Source: a virus
IMG/VR virus record: IMGVR_UViG_3300026521_000161
Coordinates: 42,142-106,141 of that record
DNA: 64,000 nucleotides
Reading direction: 5' to 3' (one strand)
Below are positions 9,664-20,100 of the stretch, piece after piece. The stretch's first letter is position 1. Every line of letters starts with the position of its first letter. The notes below the pieces were generated by a model that saw nothing but the letters and a program-made list of their open reading frames with translations, did not search any database and was not told the origin of the DNA. Position numbers and translations under genes: made by a program.

Positions 9664-11466
9664 TTAACGTCTATATCTGTTGTATGTTGCGTGTGGCGCA
9701 CTGTAGTGCTGCCTTGCAGTAGACATACCAAAACCAGTAGAACCAACTGACGCAGAAGCATATGCAGATGCAATGTTTTGTAGGTTATTAAATTCAGAAT
9801 ATCCGATAGATGGATTATCAGTATCTGGAGTATAACCACCATCCATAGCACGGCTTGTTAATTCATCGATGAAAGCTCCATCTAAAACAACTCTAACTGC
9901 TCTACCAGTAATAACTGGTTTAAGGTTAAGCATTGTAGCAACTTTATCGATAACTTCAAGTTTTAGTGTATATGGATCTTTACCTGTTGATGACACACAG
10001 ATGTCCTCTGGTGCATTAGAATAAATCCAATCGATTAATAAGCCAGGATCATTTGTGTGTTTAGCGATGAACACTGTGTCGATCTCTCTGATGTCTCTAG
10101 GATTAGACTCATTATCTAGGAACTCACCTAGTGGAACATACATAGTCGCAGCAGCAACTGGAATATCAGGCATTTCACTTCCAACAAGATCTGAAGCTGC
10201 ATTTAAAATATCTTCTGTAGCGAAGCGTCTACTAGCTTTATCAGCTAATGCAGTAAATGGTCTTAAGTACGGATAATCAGAACCAAACTCTTCAATATCT
10301 AAAGCAAAGATAGGCTTTGGAACGATATGCTCTCTGATGATATCGTTAACGATTTCTGGGCTAGCTTTCTCATCGTTGAACGAAATTTTCTCACCATATT
10401 TACGCCCATCACCTTGGTAGTTAAATAGGAAGTTAAGCGGACCAGCATCTTTCTCTACAATAAGATTTTTAAGTACACCACGGTTAGTAAACGTTGTAGC
10501 ATTGATCATAGATAATAACGCATAGTTGATTGTAGGTGCAGCACCAATGAACTCATTAAGGATGATCATAGGTTCAGCCATACGTTTAAATTTACCTGTA
10601 TATCTATCTGTATCTTCACTAATGATATACTCGATGTAACCAGCAGTAGTTGTTAACTTGTTACGACCGCCTTGACCATTTAATCTTCTTGCACTTGTAT
10701 TTTTAACGATAGATACCTCAACGTTGAAGTCTGTACGTACATTACGACCTAACATGTTGATAGAGCTACCTGAGTTAAGACCAAGATCTAAAACTAATCT
10801 ACCATTTTCAGTTACAGCATCAATAGCATCTACAGTGATGTCACTCTCGATACCAGTGTCTTTTGCATAGTTAGAAACAATGATATCTTGTGCATATCTA
10901 GCGATGATTTCAGCAGTTTGCTCTAATGGAGCACCAGTAGGCATGATAACACCTTCACAGAATACTAAATCTTCCTCTTTTGTTTCCATAGCACGACATA
11001 GTACAGCTGTTGCAGCTTCGAAGAAAATATCATCAAAACCATCTGCAGTAACAAGAACATCAGAACTGTTTTTAATGTTAAAGCTTTCAACGATTGTATG
11101 TACGTCTAAAGGAGCACGACCAGTAGCTTCTAGTAGTGTAGAGAAGTAATATGTTTTACCGTTATCGCCTTTGTAAGCGAATACCAAGTGACTGAACTCG
11201 AAATCAAATTTGTTAAGATCCATCTTGATGAACTTGATATCAACTTTTGTATGCTTAAGTGTTTTTTGCGCTATCTCTAAAAAGCTCTCTAGAATTTCAT
11301 TGTCTCCATAGTTACCGATAAGTAAACTATCTGCACCAGATAAACCAAGAACATTTAAACTTTGTCTTTGTTGTCTTTCTCTTCTTTGTCCAGTTCTTTC
11401 AGAACCACCTCTTGTTTCATTTAGGTTTTCTAAACCTTCGTCGAAATTTACTTTTTCGAATGCCAT
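9664..11466 (-). CDS. chmA: Chimallin, phage nuclear shell protein
   Basis: 600 aa; VPLGEF...RDIREID and ITGRAVRVVLDGAFIDEL match chimallin motifs; disordered N-/C-termini; highly expressed codon usage; early-type promoter upstream. Confidence 0.85.
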   Translation of the reverse strand: MAFEKVNFDEGLENLNETRGGSERTGQRRERQQRQSLNVLGLSGADSLLIGNYGDNEILESFLEIAQKTLKHTKVDIKFIKMDLNKFDFEFSHLVFAYKGDNGKTYYFSTLLEATGRAPLDVHTIVESFNIKNSSDVLVTADGFDDIFFEAATAVLCRAMETKEEDLVFCEGVIMPTGAPLEQTAEIIARYAQDIIVSNYAKDTGIESDITVDAIDAVTENGRLVLDLGLNSGSSINMLGRNVRTDFNVEVSIVKNTSARRLNGQGGRNKLTTTAGYIEYIISEDTDRYTGKFKRMAEPMIILNEFIGAAPTINYALLSMINATTFTNRGVLKNLIVEKDAGPLNFLFNYQGDGRKYGEKISFNDEKASPEIVNDIIREHIVPKPIFALDIEEFGSDYPYLRPFTALADKASRRFATEDILNAASDLVGSEMPDIPVAAATMYVPLGEFLDNESNPRDIREIDTVFIAKHTNDPGLLIDWIYSNAPEDICVSSTGKDPYTLKLEVIDKVATMLNLKPVITGRAVRVVLDGAFIDELTSRAMDGGYTPDTDNPSIGYSEFNNLQNIASAYASASVGSTGFGMSTARQHYSAPHATYNRYRR

Positions 11467-11643
11467 AGTATTTCCTTTGTTTTTTATAGATTAGAGCATA
11501 AGGCTCTAGTAAATTATATAGGTATAAAATATATACGAACTAAATAACTTAATAGAACCTGTGCTCCGTGTATATGCATATCTACCGAAGTAGATAAAAC
11601 ATTATGTTCAATATAGTAATATTTTGTAAAAATATATTACTAA

Positions 11644-11662
11644 GTACTATATGAATAATATG
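11644..11662 (-). promoter_or_regulatory. Putative early promoter upstream of chmA
   Basis: Minus strand CATATTATTCATATAGTAC; member of a motif repeated 9 times. Confidence 0.6.
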
Positions 11663-11741
11663 TTGTTAATTATAATTAGAATTAATAAAACATCATATAT
11701 CAAGTATATTCGTTTTGTTGAAAAAAATTTAAAGGATTTTT

Positions 11742-12812
11742 ATGTTAAGCCTTTTCTATAAAAAGAATGATGTAAATTACAGTATGATACACGGACCTAA
11801 ATTAGAATATATAAGAAATAATATACATAGTATTTTATATATACTAAACTCCTATTATAAAGATATAAAAGGATATGTACGTAGACCTAACATGTTAGTT
11901 AGTTTATTAGAGTCTTTAGATATAGACCCAACACTAGAACCAGATGTTGTTTATGGTAATATATCTTCAGATAGTATATACCTAGCGTCTAACTTTAATA
12001 TTATTAATGGCGTTAAGACAGACGATGTGTTTAATAAGGATACAGTAATCTATAATACTAAAGAGATATTCATATACAACAACGATAACTTTAATTTCCT
12101 AGATGAAAGCATATTAGATATCCCTAGTGTAGAATGTATTTGGTCTAATAACACTGATCTGTTTTTAACGCACCCTAAAAACTATAAAGGTGGTGTTTAT
12201 GATTTCGATATGTATGAATACACTATAAATATAGATATGTTAGCTATGCAGTATTATTACTGGATGAAAGAACAAAAAACCTTAGAATTAGATTTAGACC
12301 CAGCTAGGTTTATACATGATGTAGTTTTAACAAATACTATTAAATCTATATTTAATATAAACTACATTAACCGCATAATAGCTATAGCTAATGACGAATT
12401 TGTTAATCCTTTCACTAACGATAACCCTTTCTTTATTAAAGATATATCTAAAAAGATAGACAGTATGATATTATGGTATCTTAAGAATTTAAGAAAAAAG
12501 AAAGATCTTTATTATAAAGAGATATTGACTATACTTCCTATATTAACAGGAGGCTCTGTGTTAGATACGTTAACTCTTTCTGAATTATACCTTAACAGAA
12601 GAACTAAATGGGTATACATATTAGCACGCTTAGATATAGTTAACTTTTTATTATATAATTTTAAATCTAAAAAAGAGAAACACTACCATAATGATATCAT
12701 GAGTGATTTTAGCTATATGGTTAAAAATAAATATTTGATTACAAATAACGAAACAATAAATAGTGTACTCGAGAAAAAGGAGGATAAATTGAAACAATAT
12801 TTATTCCTGTAG
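11742..12812 (+). CDS. Conserved chimallivirus (likely virion) protein
   Basis: 356-aa ORF, RBS aagga; MLSLF N-terminus and DMLAMQYYYW resemble a phiKZ-like core family (recalled). Confidence 0.6.
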   Translation: MLSLFYKKNDVNYSMIHGPKLEYIRNNIHSILYILNSYYKDIKGYVRRPNMLVSLLESLDIDPTLEPDVVYGNISSDSIYLASNFNIINGVKTDDVFNKDTVIYNTKEIFIYNNDNFNFLDESILDIPSVECIWSNNTDLFLTHPKNYKGGVYDFDMYEYTINIDMLAMQYYYWMKEQKTLELDLDPARFIHDVVLTNTIKSIFNINYINRIIAIANDEFVNPFTNDNPFFIKDISKKIDSMILWYLKNLRKKKDLYYKEILTILPILTGGSVLDTLTLSELYLNRRTKWVYILARLDIVNFLLYNFKSKKEKHYHNDIMSDFSYMVKNKYLITNNETINSVLEKKEDKLKQYLFL

Positions 12813-12821
12813 GAGGTTAGC

Positions 12822-13061
12822 ATGGGTGATAGTGTTAAAGGTAACGTAGGTTCATTCGTACCAACAACTTGTCTATCAAGGGCTGGTGATGAAACAAAAG
12901 CACTTAAAATCATTAGCAATAGTGTAGATGTGTTACTTGTAGAAACTGACGTTATAGATTTTAATAAAGAGATAGGTCTACATGAGTTCTCTCGTGGTGC
13001 TGCTAGAACATACCTAGCATTAGTAAGAGCTATAGATTATCTTAGAGTAAGAAGAAACTGA
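12822..13061 (+). CDS. Hypothetical protein
   Basis: 79 aa, RBS aggagg, stop overlaps the next start. Confidence 0.6.
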   Translation: MGDSVKGNVGSFVPTTCLSRAGDETKALKIISNSVDVLLVETDVIDFNKEIGLHEFSRGAARTYLALVRAIDYLRVRRN

Positions 13062-13858
13062 TGGGTGCTATAAGTTACGGTGTTTCTCGCATCATGCGGG
13101 AGATACCATCTGAAATTTTACATATGGCTTTCTTAAGAAAATCTACATATTTTAGTGTAGAAACCTCTTTAGAAAAACAGATAACAGATTTAGTTATAAA
13201 AAGTGTAGTGCTTAGGGATACCAATATAGTTGGTGGTATGACTGTCACTATACAATTAGAGAAATGTAGTTTAACGTATTACGAAAAAAATCCAACACAA
13301 CACAACTTAGTTATAAAGGTACCATACCTAGCTACCAATGGTAAAAAGATATTATCCCCATTATCACTGGTAGCTGATACAGGTGGTAGATCAGGCTATA
13401 ATAGTTCAGATAACGCTATATTATCCTCTCTTAATAACAAGATGGAACATGATGCCTTCATAGGTGAAGGTATAGCAACGTCTAACCTAGAGCTCATAGC
13501 CCCTAATACCATTTTAGTCTATGATGAAGTATCTATGGTTGTTAATGGGTATATAAAGGTACTCATAGAGAACAATGAGAAACTCTCCAACCTATCCCCT
13601 AAATCATATCTTAACTTCGGTGAGCTATGTGTATTAGCAGCTAAACAATACATATACAATAAACTAGTTATAGATCTAGATAAAGGAGCTCTCTATAGCG
13701 GCCATGAGTTAGGTAAGATAGCAGATATCATTAACAGCTATGAATCAGCTACAGATGAATACAACACATTCATAAAAGAAAAATGGATGAAGACGTTATT
13801 CATAAATGATAAACCAGCTATGTCTAGTTTCATCAAAGCTATGGTTAGGCCTATGTAA
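13061..13858 (+). CDS. Conserved chimallivirus virion protein
   Basis: MGAISYGVSRIMREIPSEILHMAF N-terminus and LAAKQYIYN...GHELG C-terminal motif typical of a phiKZ-like core family (recalled). Confidence 0.65.
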   Translation: MGAISYGVSRIMREIPSEILHMAFLRKSTYFSVETSLEKQITDLVIKSVVLRDTNIVGGMTVTIQLEKCSLTYYEKNPTQHNLVIKVPYLATNGKKILSPLSLVADTGGRSGYNSSDNAILSSLNNKMEHDAFIGEGIATSNLELIAPNTILVYDEVSMVVNGYIKVLIENNEKLSNLSPKSYLNFGELCVLAAKQYIYNKLVIDLDKGALYSGHELGKIADIINSYESATDEYNTFIKEKWMKTLFINDKPAMSSFIKAMVRPM

Positions 13859-13874
13859 CAAACAATAATATAAC

Positions 13875-13904
13875 ATATAGAGTAGGTATCATCCTACTCT
13901 ATAT
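13875..13904. terminator. Hairpin after gene
   Basis: atatagagtagg-tatcat-cctactctatat. Confidence 0.65.
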
Positions 13905-14067
13905 ATATATACATCTTTTATCTTATGTTAAGTAACATAGTTACTCTTTATTTAAGAGGTATAAGTGATATACTATATCACTCTTATATAGGTATTATTA
14001 AAACCTCCCTCCTTTAATGGTTCCCTCCTACGAGTAGAATCATCAATATATAAATCTATCCTATATA

Positions 14068-14250
14068 TTATTTATATCTAGGTATAACTATAACTGTATC
14101 TATATGTTCAACCTCATGCCCAACATCAACAACACCCCTAACAACTACATGATCTTCATCTACCATCTCTGTAGTTATCTTCATAACTCTACCACGCATA
14201 TATAACTTACGTATAGCTTCATCCATCTCTTTTATAACACGTTCCATCAT
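14068..14250 (-). CDS. Small hypothetical protein
   Basis: 60 aa, aaggag RBS; bracketed by a 16-bp inverted repeat (13974-13989 / 14281-14296). Confidence 0.5.
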   Translation of the reverse strand: MMERVIKEMDEAIRKLYMRGRVMKITTEMVDEDHVVVRGVVDVGHEVEHIDTVIVIPRYK

Positions 14251-14344
14251 AACTCCTTATATTATACTTCATAACAACATATATAAGAGTGATATATATA
14301 TATATACTAACAACATACACATAACATACTCTTCTCTTATTTAA

Positions 14345-14687
14345 GAAGGTAAGAGTTAACATAGTTGGTTAACTCTCATTCTCCCACACCCACCCGTAAC
14401 GATGTTATCTAAGCCCTCATGATTCACTACGTTCACATGGGACTTAAACTCTCCCCCTCCTTTCCCCCACTGTTCCTAGTAGTTGCTAGGTCTTGACACA
14501 TCTGCATACTTCTCTTATAACCCATCCCTTTCCAGAGACAGGTTATAAGATACTCACATGTGTAATAAGAGTGGTCGCCATGGTCCGCATGACTAGATAT
14601 CAGTGATCGCAACTTAACAGGTTATCACTATGGATGGTTTGCTAAGTGATTTAGATATGATTATCTTTCTTATTATTTAAATCAATA
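14345..14687 (-). ncRNA. Structured non-coding element A (candidate ncRNA or origin primer RNA)
   Basis: Minus-strand stem CUUAUAACCUGUCUCU-GGAA-AGGGAUGGGUUAUAAG with G-U pairs and GNRA loop, several more hairpins, G-tracts; GC far above background; no ORF. Confidence 0.55.
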
Positions 14688-14744
14688 ACATATATGTAAC
14701 TAAAAAATAAAATATAAATAACTAAGGACATAAGTCCCTAGCTA

Positions 14745-16373
14745 TTAAAGTTCATATGTTGTTACACCCATTCTATCTATAGTTTTAGTAACTAACTTTA
14801 TATCTCCTTCTAGAGTCCTAAACAACTGTAACATATCATATATGTAATGTGTGTTTAGATTGTTCATAAGGATATCATGTAACTGTTCTATTTGCATATT
14901 AGTTAACTCTCCAAAATACTCTATACCAGATATAATACCAGACTTAACCTTTATCTTAACATTACTATCAACATCCCCATAAATATCATATATAACCCTA
15001 GTGTCTTCATTACTATCTAGTTTCTTAAAGAACACTGATAATAGTTCATGGGGTTTATTGTCCTCTTTTTTAAGTTTAGGTCTTAAATATGTATCTACAA
15101 GTGTATTATGTATATTATTTATACGATCTCGTAAATCATTACTATCAGGATATACCTTCTTTAATTCATCATGCACATCATGAATATCACTAACATCGCT
15201 AGTTAATGTAAAATAACTACCACTAACATCACTCATGAATCTAGCGTATAGTACATTATCTATAATTGTGGCTTCTATTATAGAGACAGGTGTGTATTTA
15301 TCCATAGCCTCAGATATCTCCTTAAAACCTTCAGTAAGTATACTAGTGTATTTTCCTAATGGATAATTGGCATCAAGACTATCGCTTGTATCGTTACTCA
15401 TATGTACCTCTTTAGCATAAATTATAGCCTTACACATCATATCTTTATCAACACCATCTGTTAAGTCAGAGATATCTGTAGATAATACATACTTCTTACT
15501 ATAAGATTCATATACTATAGTTAATGTGTTTTCATGTTCCATTATATCATTAACCGTAATACTACCACAACACACCGTATCCAACATATCACCAACAGCA
15601 TCAGATATAGAGACATTAAGTTCTACCTCACCAACTGTCGGGTAGCCTTTGTTAAGTAGATACGCCTGCTCTATAAGTAAGAATAAATAATTTATAGTTA
15701 AATCATCTATATCTCTGATATCTATAGTATATTCTAGTTTAACTATCTCACCGATGTATTTATTTAATTCTATTTCCAATATACCGTGGTTACATAACGC
15801 ACCATTTACATATTTAAATATACCATCAGTATGTTCTAGATTAATATCTCTAAGAATGCTGTTAGCTTTTTCATTTGCTTTAATATGGACTATAGCATCA
15901 CATGTATTTAATGCGATATTATATTTTATGGTATCAGCATCTATGATGTTGCTTAGATTCCCGAATAGCTCGTTATCTATTTCAGTAACAGATATGAACT
16001 TACTATCCTTAGTCTGTACATCTAAAACAATAACCGTACGAGCAATCTTCACTACTACTATATCAGCAATGCCTTCACTAATATTTTGTCTAAACTCATC
16101 TGTAAGGATCCTACTAACTATATTATCATTAAGTGTTTTAGAGACAATCAGCTCTAATGTATCATCCTCTTCCGATTCTAAATCACCTATAAGATATTTA
16201 TAGCTTTCATAATCCGTAACAGACATCGCTTTTATGAAACTTAATGTATTTAAAGTTATGTTAACTTCTGTTAATGTTATAGATGTTATTCTATAAGGTA
16301 CCTCATTCTCTGTTAATAAATCAACAACCTCTTTATAAGATCTGAAAAAATCCGAAACGTTTCTAGTTACCAT
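14745..16373 (-). CDS. Acidic hypothetical protein
   Basis: 542 aa, aaggag RBS, early-type promoter at 16415-16434, hairpin at about 14721-14745 downstream. Confidence 0.75.
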   Translation of the reverse strand: MVTRNVSDFFRSYKEVVDLLTENEVPYRITSITLTEVNITLNTLSFIKAMSVTDYESYKYLIGDLESEEDDTLELIVSKTLNDNIVSRILTDEFRQNISEGIADIVVVKIARTVIVLDVQTKDSKFISVTEIDNELFGNLSNIIDADTIKYNIALNTCDAIVHIKANEKANSILRDINLEHTDGIFKYVNGALCNHGILEIELNKYIGEIVKLEYTIDIRDIDDLTINYLFLLIEQAYLLNKGYPTVGEVELNVSISDAVGDMLDTVCCGSITVNDIMEHENTLTIVYESYSKKYVLSTDISDLTDGVDKDMMCKAIIYAKEVHMSNDTSDSLDANYPLGKYTSILTEGFKEISEAMDKYTPVSIIEATIIDNVLYARFMSDVSGSYFTLTSDVSDIHDVHDELKKVYPDSNDLRDRINNIHNTLVDTYLRPKLKKEDNKPHELLSVFFKKLDSNEDTRVIYDIYGDVDSNVKIKVKSGIISGIEYFGELTNMQIEQLHDILMNNLNTHYIYDMLQLFRTLEGDIKLVTKTIDRMGVTTYEL

Positions 16374-16414
16374 AATAACTCCTTCTTTTATTAAAATATA
16401 TTTAGTATATAACT

Positions 16415-16434
16415 ATACTGTATTAATAATATAT
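16415..16434 (-). promoter_or_regulatory. Putative early promoter
   Basis: Minus strand ATATATTATTAATACAGTAT followed by a mini hairpin. Confidence 0.55.
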
Positions 16435-16439
16435 AAGTA

Positions 16440-16860
16440 AAATATATTACATAACATATATTTCGCCTATAATCAATTTTATATATTAACCTATCATTTT
16501 ATCCTGTAAACATTATTATAGCTTTCTAGCTATATCTATGTTAGTATTAAACACATATAAACACAATGATAATAAATTAAATAACCAAAACAGCAAAACT
16601 GCATTTCATATACCTGTTTGTTATACATACACACGTAGTGTAGTCTTTTATATATACATACTAGTAAGTAACTACGTAGTTATTAGGTATATGATACATA
16701 TATACTATATAGTAATATTTATACATATAGCTGTATATACTGTATATTATACACCTTATATAGGTATATACATACTATATTTAACTTATATATACCTATA
16801 CTAGATAGTGTAGTTGTTATTTTTATCAACTACACTATTAATTGAGTATTATTATTATAG
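16440..16860. other. AT/TA-dinucleotide-rich low-complexity non-coding tract
   Basis: Runs of tata/cata/tagt and short palindromes (e.g. tagtgtagttg...caactacacta); no credible ORF. Confidence 0.6.
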
Positions 16861-17082
16861 AGCTATAAAGGGGACTTTGTCCCCTTTATAGCGATATATA
16901 GTAAGTGAGTGTAGCTCTGTGCTGCTCTGTTTCTTTTATCCGCTCACGTTTCGCCTTTGGGGGCTACACGACCGCTCCGATTAGTCCTCTCCCCCCAGAA
17001 AATGTCTGGGTCATGGATCGAGGTTGTGACTTTATTATGGTCACAGTTGTCATCGTTAGATAATTAATTATTTTAATCAATA
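16861..17082 (-). ncRNA. Structured non-coding element B, related to element A
   Basis: Hairpins gctataaaggggac-ttt-gtcccctttatagc, gtgtagc...gctacac, tgtgac...gtcaca; shares the ctctccccc tract and upstream attattt(t/a)aatcaata with element A. Confidence 0.5.
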
Positions 17083-17168
17083 TATAAATATTTATCTATT
17101 ATTAGATATTTACTAATTACAGGTATACCATTAGTTAGAATGAATATAGACAGTTAAAGGAAACAATA

Positions 17169-20100
17169 ATGGAAAAGTATAAGAGTTTAAAATACATTTA
17201 TAATAATAGAACTAAGAGATATACCATATACATAGATAATGTAGATCTTATAAAAGATGGTATAAAACATATCATAGGTAGAAGTGCTAGTAGGATACTT
17301 ATAATAAAAGATAAGAAGACACAGTTTGATATCTATAGTTTCTTCTTATTAGAGTTAGAGCATACATTAGAAACATTAAAAGAGACTAGACCGGACTTAG
17401 CTGTTAAGATAGGTGGTATAGTACTTAATGATCTTATGAGTTTCCTTAAGACTAAAACATGGTTAGCTGAACGTAATCATAAATCAGTAGTTAACGTATT
17501 AGATTATAATAATATTAGATCAGTTATGAAATATACGTTATTACCTCACCAAGTAGAAGTATTTAAGAAATATGAAGTTGTTAAACGTATGGCTAACCTT
17601 AGAGGATTCATGATGGATCTAGGAGCTGGGCAAGGTAAGATGGAAAAGAATGGTACACCAGTTAAAACACCTACTGGTTGGACTAATATAGAAAAGCTTA
17701 AGGTAGGCGATAAAGTTATAGGTAGTAATGGCAGACCAACTACTGTAACTGGTGTGTTCCCGCAAGGTAGGTTACCGTTAGTTAGGTTAAAGTTTGAAGA
17801 TAATAGATATAGCGATGTAGGGCATGAACATCTATGGAGTGTTTCTGTAAATAATAAATGGTCTGTTATGAAAACTTCTAAAATAATGAAATACATAGAT
17901 AAAGGAAAAGATATTTATATACCTCTTATAGATTATAAGGTAAATAAGAATGATGTAGTAGATGAGCATTATATACATCCTTACCTAGTAGGAGTTATAT
18001 TAGCTAGCGGTAGTAAGGTTAAGTGTATTAATGTAACCATAGATAAGGAACATGATAAAGTTAAATCTATATTACCAGAAGAGTATAGTCTATATAAAGA
18101 TATTAACACATATCACGATACGCATAACCATAGGTTATTTTATAATGGTAAAGGTGATTGTAAGATAACTAAGCAGCTAAAGAAACTCAATATCTTTAAT
18201 GGTAGAGACATAGTACCGGCACTACCAGCTAGTTATGAACACGGTTCTTATCTGACTAGAGTAGAGTTACTTAATGGTATATTAAATACTTCAGGAACTA
18301 ACACTAAAGGTAATATCACTTACACAGAAGTTAAAGATATAAAGCTAGCTAACGTTATAAAAAGATTAGCATGGACTTTAGGGGATATAGCTTCCATACG
18401 TAAAGTTATAAGAACTACTAGATTAGGTTATGAATATACAGCATATGTGGTTAAGATAGTTAAAGAAAAGATCATTAAGATAACTGGTTATACAGAGTTA
18501 CCAGAGCATGAAGCAACATGTATATCTGTATCTGCTAAAAATAAACTATATGTTACAAAAGACTATATAGTAACACATAACACATTTTCTTCATTAGCGT
18601 TAGGTGAAGCTCTTTCTTATAACAATGTTATAGTTATAGCTCCTAGCGCTACCATAGATGACGTATGGGTTAAATCTGTTACAAAAGAGTTATATAAATC
18701 ACCACAGCCTTATTTTGTTCTTAATAGTAAAAATAGGGATTATAAAAAAGAAAGATTTCTGATAATGAGTTACGAGACATTAGATAAGGTTAATAAAGAT
18801 AAGAAATTGTTAAGAATGCTTAAGAGACTTAATCCTATGCTGATAGTGGACGAGTTCCATAACTTTAACAATATCAAGGCTTTAAGAACATTTAACCTTA
18901 TGGAGTTTGTTAAGAGAGTTGATTTTCAAGATGTTGTATTACTAACAGGTACGCCTGTGAAGATGAGCCTTAATGAACTTAAACCTATGTTATATATACT
19001 AGACGATAAGTTTAAATCTATAGTAGATATGTATGATGATTTCTACAGAGGTAGATATGAAATGTTTAGGAATAGATTCGACGTATATAGGAAACATGTT
19101 CCTAAAGATACTAAATCATTACCTCCTATTAAAATATCTGAATATAGAGTACAAATACCAGATAGTGATAGATTTACTCTAAAGGTAATTAATGAAGAGA
19201 TAAAAGAGTTTAAGCTTAAACGTATGGAAGAGATAATGAGTAAGATGGATATATATGAGTCTATATACGAAGCAGCTCTTAATGAAGTATTTGTTTCTAT
19301 GGTTACGTCAGGTATTAAAAAAGGCGAAGCTAATAAGTTATTATCTGATTATAGGAAACTAGTTAAGTCTATAAGAAAGTTTAATAAAGATAAAAAGTTA
19401 TATATGGCTCAGAATGATATCATAAGTGCTCGAGAAATGGAAAAAGAGATAATTTTAAGTAATCTATCTAGTAAAAGTAAAAAAGCTTTTAAAGACGTTA
19501 TAAGCATCATTAAGTATCCAGAGCTTAAAGTACTTGGTGAAGCATTGGGCAAAGTGTTGTTAGGTACTAGAATAAAGTGTTATAACGAATTAGCCAAACA
19601 TATTAACTACAAGAACATCCTATTATTAACAGATAAGAAAGGTATCGTATTTAGTAATTATGTTAGTACATGTAAAGTAGCTATAAATAAAGCTACTAAG
19701 GATGGTTATAAACCTGTAGGTGTATTTGGTGATTTAGTAGAGAAACTACCTGTTTCTGTTAAAGCGTTCAATGATTTAAAAGATAAGACAAATCCTATAG
19801 TAGCTACTTATAAATCATTATCAACCGGTGTTCCTTTAGTAGCTGGTAACATAGTTATATTACTAGACACTCCTGTTAGGAATTATCTACTAGACCAATC
19901 TATATCTAGAGCATGGAGGATAGGTCAGGATAGACCAGTAGAGGTATTAATGGTTAAATTAGATACTGAAGGTAAATTAAATATAACAGATAGAGACCAT
20001 TATATTTTAAATATGTCTACACAGAATGTAGAAATGATAACAGGTAATGTTAACCCTTTCGAGATACCACAACAGATAATGATAGAGGATGATATAGTAG

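Noticed and set aside
16538-16804. 88-aa + strand ORF
   Set aside because: Y/I/T-rich translation of TA-repeat DNA, no RBS
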